From an archaeon (GTDB lineage: Archaea; Micrarchaeota; Micrarchaeia; Norongarragalinales; UBA97), in NCBI GenBank assembly GCA_020057405.1, contig JAGVFW010000004.1:32001-96000 (forward strand): a stretch of 64,000 nucleotides of DNA. Reading direction: 5' to 3'. Below are positions 8,784 to 16,641 of this stretch, one piece after another. The number at the start of each line of letters is the position of its first letter. Position 1 is the first letter of the stretch. Position numbers and translations under genes: made by a program. The notes under the pieces were generated by a model. That model was not told where the DNA came from. It did not search any database and worked only from the letters and a program-made list of their open reading frames with translations.

Positions 8784-8912
8784 ATGCCAACCTGCAAATC
8801 GTGCAAAAAATATTACTGGCTCTGCGGAGACTACGAGAACTTGTGCGCGGAATGCATCCGGGCGCGGGTCAAGCGCAAGATCAGCGCAGCTAACGGAGGC
8901 TCACGCGGATGA
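8784..8912 (+). CDS. 42-aa Cys-rich zinc-ribbon-like microprotein
   Basis: MPTCKSCKKYYWLCGDYENLCAECIRARVKRKISAANGGSRG; ATGA overlap with next gene. Confidence 0.65.
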   Translation: MPTCKSCKKYYWLCGDYENLCAECIRARVKRKISAANGGSRG

Positions 8913-9499
8913 AGAAAACGCGAGCCCAACAACGTCCCGAGCGCATGAAGCAAGCGAAGGCCAAGCGGCGGCAGGGATGGCTCGAATGGATGGGAATAGC
9001 TCCCAACGCGGCGGCTGCAGCTGGTTTTGCAGGAATGCTTCTAGTGTACTTCGGCACGCTTAGCCTGTTCAACTCGCCCAGCCACGCGCTCGCGCAGTTT
9101 CGTGGCGACTGGTGGTGGGTGCTCGCGTTTGCCGCTGGAATGGCGGGCCAACTGTGGCTAAGCGTGAAAATCCACGCGAGCACGGCGGCCACGGGCGCTT
9201 CGGCCGGCACTTCAACAGGCACGATGATTGCCTGCTGCGCCCACCACATAACTGACTTAGCGCCACTTGCGGGCGCGGCTTTCCTGGCGGGCCTGTTCGA
9301 CAAGTACCAGCCGCTTTTCATCGGCATCGGCCTGCTTTCAAACGCAGTCGGCCTTTCGCTGCTTCTAAGCCACGCGCAAGAACAAGAGCTCAAAGTGCCG
9401 TTCGCCCGCTTGCTTGACTGGACCCGCGCGTGGAAGTTCGAGGCGGCAATAGGGGCGGGCCTGCTGGCAGCCCTGGCGTTCAAGCTTTACCTTGCGTGA
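8909..9499 (+). CDS. Membrane protein with MIACCAHH motif
   Basis: Several TMs; CCAHH metal-binding-like motif. Confidence 0.78.
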   Translation: MKKTRAQQRPERMKQAKAKRRQGWLEWMGIAPNAAAAAGFAGMLLVYFGTLSLFNSPSHALAQFRGDWWWVLAFAAGMAGQLWLSVKIHASTAATGASAGTSTGTMIACCAHHITDLAPLAGAAFLAGLFDKYQPLFIGIGLLSNAVGLSLLLSHAQEQELKVPFARLLDWTRAWKFEAAIGAGLLAALAFKLYLA

Positions 9500-9532
9500 C
9501 AAAACTTGAAGAGAAAAAAAGAGGTGCGGAAA

Positions 9533-9874
9533 ATGGGTGAAGAACTGATGAAATACGCGATGGTGGCAATCGCCATTGCAACGCTGGCATTCGCAGTGTT
9601 TTCGTTTGGAACGCCTGCGGCGCAGCCTGTCGCAGGACAAGCAAACAACATTGCGCTACAGCAAAAACAGGTCTGGCAAGGAGTGTCGAGCACAAGCGCC
9701 TCTGCGGTCCAGACCCAGGCTTTGGACAATAGCCAATGCGGCGACTTGAACGACGACGCCAACGTCCAGCACTTGGGCCACCACCCTGGCCAATATGCAG
9801 CCTGCCTCAAGCAAGTTGACCCGGCGGTGCTAAAGAAGGCAACTGGCAAGACGCTCGGCCAGCTCATCGGGTAA
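9533..9874 (+). CDS. Small exported protein with C..QHLGHHP..C
   Basis: GAGGTG SD, N-terminal TM, His/Cys cluster. Confidence 0.75.
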   Translation: MGEELMKYAMVAIAIATLAFAVFSFGTPAAQPVAGQANNIALQQKQVWQGVSSTSASAVQTQALDNSQCGDLNDDANVQHLGHHPGQYAACLKQVDPAVLKKATGKTLGQLIG

Positions 9875-9879
9875 GGCAC

Positions 9880-10878
9880 ATGGGTTTCGGCCGCGGCGGC
9901 TTGCCGGCATTCGCGTTTTTCGCAGCACTAGCCGTGCTTGCCGGAGCCGTGGTTTTTGCATTGGCGAGCCTGCAGCAGCAAAAACCCGCGGGTTTCGAGC
10001 AAGCGCAGGCATTGCAGGCCGACATTTCGGCAGGCGATGGGCGCGTCAATACCAAGCTACCAAATGCTTTTAGCGCGACGCCAAGGCCAGCCTCGTCCGC
10101 GGAACCTGCCGGGAAGTGGGATGGCCTTTACGAGGAAATCGCCCCGGCGGCGGGAGTGACGCTGCCGGCAAAGTGGGGCGACGCCGGCCCCAAGCTAGTC
10201 TCAAGCGGGGCGTTAAACTACTCGTTGTTCGCGGCCTCGATGAAGCGAAGCGGCCGGCCGCTCTTGAAGGAGCAGGAAAAAATACTGCTTGAAGGAAGCG
10301 AAGACAACATTACAATTAGCCGCGAAAATCGCCTCTTTGTCTTAAACGTCTTGTGGGCCCTTGGCTTGGCGAACAAGAATCCGGTCCTCACCCACGGGCC
10401 GCTCTCGAACACGCCTTCAGTGGCAATAGGGCAGTTCGCAAGCACTGGCGGCTGGAGCCTGGGCTCCCGCGATTCAGTCGAGCTTGTTTCGTCTTCAGGC
10501 ATCGTCAGCCTCACTCAAGAACAGCAGAAACTGGTTGAGCGCGTGGCGAAGGAAACCTATCGGCCTTGCTGCGACAATCCGACCTTCTTTCCCGACTGCA
10601 ACCACGGCATGGCCGCCCTTGGGCTTGCGGAACTGCTTGCTTCCCAAAACGCTTCAGAGGAACAAATTCTCGCAGCAGTGCTTTACGCCAACAGCTACTG
10701 GTTCCCGCAGGCTTACGCGGACATTGCCGAGCACTTCAAGGAAAATGGGATTGCGTGGAAGGACGTCGGGCCGGGAGTTGCGCTGGCCGCGAATTACTCA
10801 AGCGCAAGCGGCCATTCGCGCATACTCAGGCAACTAAAAGAAAAGCCCGCCTTGACGCCAGAGGCAAGCGGGTGCTGA
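9880..10878 (+). CDS. Membrane-anchored Cys/His-motif protein ending SGC
   Basis: TM; FASTGGW; YRPCCDNPTFFPDCNHGMA. Confidence 0.82.
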   Translation: MGFGRGGLPAFAFFAALAVLAGAVVFALASLQQQKPAGFEQAQALQADISAGDGRVNTKLPNAFSATPRPASSAEPAGKWDGLYEEIAPAAGVTLPAKWGDAGPKLVSSGALNYSLFAASMKRSGRPLLKEQEKILLEGSEDNITISRENRLFVLNVLWALGLANKNPVLTHGPLSNTPSVAIGQFASTGGWSLGSRDSVELVSSSGIVSLTQEQQKLVERVAKETYRPCCDNPTFFPDCNHGMAALGLAELLASQNASEEQILAAVLYANSYWFPQAYADIAEHFKENGIAWKDVGPGVALAANYSSASGHSRILRQLKEKPALTPEASGC

Positions 10879-10906
10879 CGGTAAATTGCATTGGAGGGGG
10901 AATTCA

Positions 10907-11116
10907 GTGGTTTTGGAAAAACTTTGGGAATCAGTGAAGAAGAACCATTTTGCGCAAATGGCAATCTGCTGCGCGCTGCCGATAGTGGTAATCTTCGCGC
11001 TTGAGGCGATGGGCTATACCGGCGGCTGGGTTTTTGCGATTGCCATAGCCGTTTGCGTGGGCTCGCACATCGTCATGTCTTACTTTGCTTCAAAGGAGGG
11101 GAAAACATGCCACTAG
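10907..11116 (+). CDS. Small two-TM protein with CC and C..SH (DUF2933-like)
   Basis: HFAQMAICCALP...CVGSHIVM...TCH; GGAGGGG SD. Confidence 0.72.
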   Translation: MVLEKLWESVKKNHFAQMAICCALPIVVIFALEAMGYTGGWVFAIAIAVCVGSHIVMSYFASKEGKTCH

Positions 11117-11232
11117 AACTTGGGAAGTATCGGCCGTGGGTTGAAAACGGCTTCTGGATACTGGTGTTCGCAGTCGTCTACATTGCCATGCAAAAGGTTA
11201 TGCACCCGGGCTGGACGCTCTTAGGGTACTAG
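11107..11232 (+). CDS. 41-aa single-TM microprotein
   Basis: MPLELGKYRPWVENGFWILVFAVVYIAMQKVMHPGWTLLGY; GGAGGG SD, overlaps previous stop. Confidence 0.5.
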   Translation: MPLELGKYRPWVENGFWILVFAVVYIAMQKVMHPGWTLLGY

Positions 11233-11248
11233 AAGGGGAGGTGGGAAA

Positions 11249-11290
11249 ATGCCTGAAAAGAAATCTAGGAAAAAACACGGTTGCTGCTAG
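11249..11290 (+). CDS. 13-aa peptide MPEKKSRKKHGCC
   Basis: Strong GGAGGTG SD shortly upstream; last ORF before a hairpin. Confidence 0.4.
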   Translation: MPEKKSRKKHGCC

Positions 11291-11306
11291 GGGCAAGGGA
11301 GGCCGC

Positions 11307-11337
11307 CCGCCTTCGTCACAAAACGGCGAAGGCGGCT
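11307..11337 (+). terminator. GC-rich hairpin ending the operon
   Basis: CCGCCTTCGTC-ACAAAAC-GGCGAAGGCGG inverted repeat. Confidence 0.45.
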
Positions 11338-11428
11338 CCGGCCCAAGCCAATCCTGAGCTCTCGCACTCATCACCTATTTCACTCCCCACGCGTCCTCAA
11401 AGCTTTTTAGGCAAGCTGCACTAGCCTT

Positions 11429-12562
11429 GTGCGAGGTAAACGAGGCTTGGAGGAGAAACGCAACCCTACAGCGGTAATCATCGGCGCGAGCTTTGCGGGC
11501 ATCAACGCCGCCCTCACGCTAAAGCGCCTCGAGCCCGGCTTTGAAGTCATCGTGCTTGACAAGGACGACTGCTTCACCATGATGCCGGCCCTATACGAAA
11601 CGGCGGCCCGCGGCGAGGGCAACGCCGAAATCTCGGTTTCCCTTGCCTCGGTTGCCAAAAAACACGGCTTCACTTTCTTTCACGACGAGGCGGTTTTCGT
11701 CGATAGGAAAAAGCGGCGGGTGAACACGCGCAACGGAGAGAAAATTTCGTTTGACTACCTCGTGATTGCCATTGGCGCCCGGACCAACTACTATGCCGTC
11801 GAGGGCGTCGAGAAGCACGCGCTCAACCTCAAGCGCAGGCAAGACGGCGAGAAAATCAGCGAGCGGCTCAGGCTCGGCCTGCTTAGGGGAAAGCCGCTCA
11901 AAATTGTCGTGTGCGGTGGCGGCATGAGCGGCATCCAGTTTACAAGCGAGCTTGCCGACTGGCTCAAGGGCCAGGGAGGCGGGCACGAGATTCGGCTCTT
12001 CCACACCGCCCCGCGCCTGGCGTCCGAACTGCCAGAGGAATTCAGCGAACTGGCGAGAAAATCGCTTGAGCGCAAGAGCGTGAAAGTGATGCTTAACACG
12101 CCCGTGTCGCGGGTGATGAAAAAAGGAGTGGAGACCACCGCCGGGGCAAAGCACGACGCGGACCTGGTGCTTTGGTGCGGGGGGAACAAGCCGCCAGAGG
12201 CGCTTGCCAAGACGGGCTTGCCACTCGAGAACGGGTACGTGGCGACAAACGAGTTTCTTCAAAGCCCTGCTGAAGAGCGAATTTTCGCAGCTGGGGACTG
12301 CACGGCGGTTAAGACGCATGACGGGAAGCCCGCTTACCAGACTGTTTGGAACGCCGTGCTTGAAGGCAGGACGGCGGCGCAAAACATTTCCCGCCACTTT
12401 AGGGGCAGGCCACTTATACCCTACTCGGCATCGAACGTGCCCATAGTGTTCACGCTGGGGCGCAACTACGGCGTCCTCTACTACAAGGGCATCATGCTTA
12501 CGGGCCGCCTGGTCGCCTGGCTAAAGCGGTTCGTCGAGCGCACGTACCTAAACGCGCTTTGA
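11429..12562 (+). CDS. Type II NADH dehydrogenase-like FAD oxidoreductase
   Basis: VIIGASFAG, DYLVIAIGA, VVCGGGMSG, IFAAGD. Confidence 0.88.
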   Translation: MRGKRGLEEKRNPTAVIIGASFAGINAALTLKRLEPGFEVIVLDKDDCFTMMPALYETAARGEGNAEISVSLASVAKKHGFTFFHDEAVFVDRKKRRVNTRNGEKISFDYLVIAIGARTNYYAVEGVEKHALNLKRRQDGEKISERLRLGLLRGKPLKIVVCGGGMSGIQFTSELADWLKGQGGGHEIRLFHTAPRLASELPEEFSELARKSLERKSVKVMLNTPVSRVMKKGVETTAGAKHDADLVLWCGGNKPPEALAKTGLPLENGYVATNEFLQSPAEERIFAAGDCTAVKTHDGKPAYQTVWNAVLEGRTAAQNISRHFRGRPLIPYSASNVPIVFTLGRNYGVLYYKGIMLTGRLVAWLKRFVERTYLNAL

Positions 12563-12608
12563 GTCTGCTGCGCAAAATGTAATTAAGAGCGCGCTCGTGA
12601 TATTTTCC

Positions 12609-13562
12609 ATGGACTGGTTTACCCTCCTGCTCTCGGTTGCGGGCCTGGCGTTCTTTGAAATCATACTTAGCGTGGACAATGCCGTAATCAACGCGAGTGT
12701 GCTAAAGGGCATGTCCGATTGGGCGCGCCGGTGGTTTTTGGTTTGGGGCATTTTCATAGCCGTTTTCGTCGTGCGCGGCGTGCTGCCCTGGGCAATAGTG
12801 TTCTTCTCAAACCCGTCACTTGGCATCATAGGCTCGCTTACCGCGACTTTTAGCAGCGACCCGCAAGTCATCCACCAAATCGAGTCAAGCAAGCCCGCGC
12901 TCTTGAGCTTCTCGGGCATCTTCCTCGTCTTCCTTTTCTTCCACTGGCTCTTCATGGAAACAAAGAACTTCGGCCTGCGCGGCGAAGAGTTCATCCAGCG
13001 CCACGGCCTGTGGTTCTACACCATAGCGTCATTCATCTTGCTCGGCTACACTTGGTTTGCCATCCAAATCAATCCCATGATGGCATTTGGAGCGGTTGCC
13101 GGCTCGACGACTTTCTTCATCATGCACGGCTTCAAGCAAAACGCCGAAGCCAAGGAACACGAGCTGATGGAAGGCGGGACACGACTAAGCGACTGGAGCA
13201 AGCTTCTCTACCTCGAAGTCATCGACGCGAGCTTCTCAATTGACGGGGTGCTTGGCGCCTTCGCATTCACCTTCTCGATTCCCCTAATCATAGTCGGGAG
13301 CGGCATCGGAGCCATTGCCGTGCGCGAGTTGACCATCCACAACATAGACCGCGTGTCAAAATACAAGTACCTCAAAAACGGCGCGATGTACAGCGTCTTT
13401 ATCTTGGGCATCATCATGCTAGCAAACGCTTTTGGCGCCCATGTCCCCGAATGGCAGACGGCAGTAGTGCCGTTTGCCTGCATCGGCTACTTCTACTGGC
13501 GGTCAAAGAAAGAGATGGAATCCGAGCCGGATGAGAAAAAAGTAAGGACGGAAAAAGGCTAA
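12609..13562 (+). CDS. DUF475 / TerC-related membrane protein
   Basis: EIILSVDNAVINA, LEVIDASFSIDGVLGAFA, YLKNGAMYS. Confidence 0.9.
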   Translation: MDWFTLLLSVAGLAFFEIILSVDNAVINASVLKGMSDWARRWFLVWGIFIAVFVVRGVLPWAIVFFSNPSLGIIGSLTATFSSDPQVIHQIESSKPALLSFSGIFLVFLFFHWLFMETKNFGLRGEEFIQRHGLWFYTIASFILLGYTWFAIQINPMMAFGAVAGSTTFFIMHGFKQNAEAKEHELMEGGTRLSDWSKLLYLEVIDASFSIDGVLGAFAFTFSIPLIIVGSGIGAIAVRELTIHNIDRVSKYKYLKNGAMYSVFILGIIMLANAFGAHVPEWQTAVVPFACIGYFYWRSKKEMESEPDEKKVRTEKG

Positions 13563-13888
13563 CCACGAGCCACCTTGTGCTTGTCGCCCTCCCGAACCAT
13601 GAGCAGGCCGGCGATTATCCTTAATGCCCAGCCGATTTCAAAAAAGAGGATGCCCTTGTCGGGAGAAATTATGACACTGCCTATTGACTCTAGAACCAGG
13701 TAGGCACCGGCTGCGGGGTAAAACCGCTTCGGGAGCCAGCCCCCGATAAGTAAGACGCCAACGAGGCCCCGCAACGCTCGGCCGAGGGTGAACACGTCGT
13801 ACTGGTCGGTGCTAATCGCAATCGAGACGAGCGCGTCAAGCACTATCCACGCGCCCAGAAACTGCAGCGCCAGCCGTTCTATTTTCAT
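13559..13888 (-). CDS. Four-TM protein with two-fold internal repeat
   Basis: GAWIVLDA..S...ALRG / GAYLVLES..S...ALRI. Confidence 0.7.
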   Translation of the reverse strand: MKIERLALQFLGAWIVLDALVSIAISTDQYDVFTLGRALRGLVGVLLIGGWLPKRFYPAAGAYLVLESIGSVIISPDKGILFFEIGWALRIIAGLLMVREGDKHKVARG

Positions 13889-13902
13889 TTCAAGCACTGA
13901 AG

Positions 13903-14030
13903 CGCCGGGAGGGAGATTCGAACTCCCGAGCCCGTGAGGGCACTGGTTGTCTTGTTAGAAAGCCGAAATCCCGTTTGTAGGGCGTTAGGCTATTTCAAGA
14001 CCAGCGCGATAACCACTCTGCCATCCCGGC
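13903..14030 (-). tRNA. tRNA-Ser(UGA) with 45-nt intron at 37/38 (13949-13993)
   Basis: GCCGGGA/TCCCGGC acceptor, CTGGT-CTTGAA|A-ACCAG anticodon arm, long variable arm, TTCGAAT loop. Confidence 0.93.
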
Positions 14031-14188
14031 GCGCGTATATAAATGCGGTCCGGACGGTAATAAAACTCGCGCCTGCGGCCCGCGCAAGATTAATAAGGGC
14101 AGCCTGCGAAAGGTGGCTTGAAACGAAAGTCGTTCGAAGGCACCGATAATACCACAATCCTTTCCCTCTCTTTTGAAGGTAGATTTTA

Positions 14189-15823
14189 GTGAAAAAAACC
14201 CTAGATTTATTCAGCCCCGCAAAACTCTCGCTCGCTTACTGGAAGCAGGACGCGATTGCGGGCGCTATTGTCGCCGTCGTGGCAATACCCCTTTGTTTGG
14301 CTCTTGCAATCGCTTCGGGCGTGCCACCAGTCTACGGCGTCTACACCTCAATCATCGCCGGCATCATCGTCGCCTTCTTCGGCGGCACCGAACTCGGCGT
14401 CGCGGGACCCGCAGCTGCGATGACGGTGCTGCTTTACGCGACCGTAACTAAATTCGGTTTTGAGGGCCTGATGCTGGCGGGTTTGATCGCCGGCCTCATA
14501 CAAATCGGCATGGGCATCACCGGCATCGGCCGCGTCGTCAAGTTCGTCCCCTACACAGTCATCGTCGGCTTCACCACAGGCATCGGCTTTCTAATCATCA
14601 TCGGCCAGGCTGCAAACTTCCTTGGCGTTAATCCAACCGGCGACGGCGTGCTTGAGAAGGCGGTTTCGCTAGTCACTCGCGTTGGCAGCACTGACTTGCC
14701 CACCCTGGGGCTTGCGGCAGGCACTCTTGCGCTCATCTTTGTCCTCCGCCGGCTCGTCCCCAAGGTACCGGCATCGTTTGCCGCACTCGTCATCGCGTCG
14801 GTCGCCGCAACCGCAGCCGGCTTGCACGTCAAGACAATAGGCACCGTGCCCGCCCAGCTTCCGTCAATCATGGTGCCGCCAGTCACTTTCGGCCTCCTTG
14901 GCGCAATCCTGCCGGCGGCGCTCGCTATCGCCTTGCTTGCAAGCATCGAAAGCCTGCTCTCGGCCGTGTCAGCCGACGGCATGATGGGCACCAAGCACAG
15001 TTCCAGCAAGGAGCTCGTCGGCCAGGGCATTGCAAACGTCATCCTGCCGTTCTTTGGCGCCATCCCCTCGACGGGCGTGATTGTGCGCACTGCGACAAAC
15101 ATCAAAAATGGAGGCAAGACACGGCTCTCCGCAATAATCCATTCACTCGTGCTCCTCCTCGTGCTCCTCTTGCTAAGCCCGCTTGCCTCCGCCATCCCGA
15201 TGGCGGTGCTGGCCGCAATTCTAGTCTACACCGCCCTGCACTTGATTTCAGTCGACGAAATCAAGCACTTCGCCGCCGACAGCAAGGGCGATTCCGCCGT
15301 CCTTGCAGCGACTGTGGGCGCAACAGTCTTTCTTGACTTGCCGACTGCAATCCTGATGGGCTTTACTTTGGCCGGCCTGGCGTTCATGAAGAAGATGAGT
15401 GAGACGGTCGAAGTGACGCTCGTGCCCCAGGCGGCCCCCGCAAGCGAGGCGACGACGCTGGCGCCGGACGTCGAAGGAATCGCAAGGACTTACCGCATTA
15501 GCGGGGCGCTCTTCTTCGGTTCTGCGGTAGAGCTTGAGAAAATCGCCGAGGAAACGCCGGAGAAGCAGACTCCCGCCCTTGTCCTTGACTTATTGCAGGT
15601 CGACTACGTCGACTCCTCCTCGCTCGCCATACTCGCCGGATTGGCCGAGAAGCACAAGAGGAAAGGCGAGGTCTACATTGCGGTGACGAACGCTACGGTG
15701 AAGCGAAAGATACTCAACTCCAGCGTGATGAAGTCCGTCGACCCCTACAACCTCGTCTCAAGCGTGCAGGAGGGGCTGACGAAGGCAAAGCAAAAGTACG
15801 GCGGGGCGGCAAAGTTCGGCTGA
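14189..15823 (+). CDS. SulP/SLC26 anion permease with STAS domain
   Basis: DAIAG..VA.VAIP...A.A..SG.PP..G, IESLLSA, ELVGQG.AN, RTATN; C-terminal STAS. Confidence 0.95.
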   Translation: MKKTLDLFSPAKLSLAYWKQDAIAGAIVAVVAIPLCLALAIASGVPPVYGVYTSIIAGIIVAFFGGTELGVAGPAAAMTVLLYATVTKFGFEGLMLAGLIAGLIQIGMGITGIGRVVKFVPYTVIVGFTTGIGFLIIIGQAANFLGVNPTGDGVLEKAVSLVTRVGSTDLPTLGLAAGTLALIFVLRRLVPKVPASFAALVIASVAATAAGLHVKTIGTVPAQLPSIMVPPVTFGLLGAILPAALAIALLASIESLLSAVSADGMMGTKHSSSKELVGQGIANVILPFFGAIPSTGVIVRTATNIKNGGKTRLSAIIHSLVLLLVLLLLSPLASAIPMAVLAAILVYTALHLISVDEIKHFAADSKGDSAVLAATVGATVFLDLPTAILMGFTLAGLAFMKKMSETVEVTLVPQAAPASEATTLAPDVEGIARTYRISGALFFGSAVELEKIAEETPEKQTPALVLDLLQVDYVDSSSLAILAGLAEKHKRKGEVYIAVTNATVKRKILNSSVMKSVDPYNLVSSVQEGLTKAKQKYGGAAKFG

Positions 15824-15885
15824 GCCAAAGAAGCAAACCCCCTTTTTGCAGCAGTGTTAAAAGGTTAATTGGAATTAGTCTGGCT

Positions 15886-16221
15886 ATGGCTCAAAAACTT
15901 CGCGCTCAGACAATACAACAGGGGCTCCAAAGCTTCCACACCATAGCCAAAAAGAAGTGGGGCTGGAAGAGCGCGCACGTAGGGCCATTCAACCACGAGG
16001 GCGAGTGGCACGTAAAGCTGTTCATACCGCACGAAGGGCAGCTTGACAGGAATCAAGTGAAGGAAACACTAGTCCGGGCATTCTCAAGCACGGGAGCCGG
16101 GCTAACTGCAGATGATTTCCGCACTTCCCACTCAAGCGGCGGGTCCAACCTGTACACAGACAACGGAAAGCCCATCCAGCTAAGCTACTTAAGCTGGATA
16201 ATTGGCCGCAAGCAAAGTTAG
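15886..16221 (+). CDS. Hypothetical orphan protein
   Basis: Clean ORF in intergenic space with TATA-like TTAAAA upstream. Confidence 0.6.
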   Translation: MAQKLRAQTIQQGLQSFHTIAKKKWGWKSAHVGPFNHEGEWHVKLFIPHEGQLDRNQVKETLVRAFSSTGAGLTADDFRTSHSSGGSNLYTDNGKPIQLSYLSWIIGRKQS

Positions 16222-16277
16222 GCAACGCTCGGCTAACGCTAAGTTGTTGGGAAATCAAAGCCGCTTATTTTAAGAAA

Positions 16278-16583
16278 TCAGTTCAGCGTCATCTGGACGT
16301 TGACTGAGGAGGGGATGCGGATGCGCATGACTTCGCGCAGCACTCTATCGTCGGCAAAAATCTCGATTAGCCTCTTGTGGACGCGCAGTTCCCACTTCTC
16401 GTAAGTGTCGGAACCGTCGCCGCACGGCGTCTTGCGCGTGCTGATTTTGAGCTTCTTTGTCGGGAGGGGCACGGGGCCGCGTAGCTCGACGCCGAGGCGC
16501 GTTGCAATGTCGCGGATTTGCTTGCAAACGTCCTCCAGGTCGGTTACGTCCTGGCTTTCAAGCCTGATGCGTGCCTTGCTCAT
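16278..16583 (-). CDS. rps10: 30S ribosomal protein S10 (uS10)
   Basis: RGPVPLPTK..RKTPCGDGS.T.E.WE.RVHKR. Confidence 0.97.
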   Translation of the reverse strand: MSKARIRLESQDVTDLEDVCKQIRDIATRLGVELRGPVPLPTKKLKISTRKTPCGDGSDTYEKWELRVHKRLIEIFADDRVLREVMRIRIPSSVNVQMTLN

Positions 16584-16641
16584 TTTTTCGATAACTCCAA
16601 ATCATAAAAGGAAAAATTGGGGGAAACCCCCCTTTCTCAAA

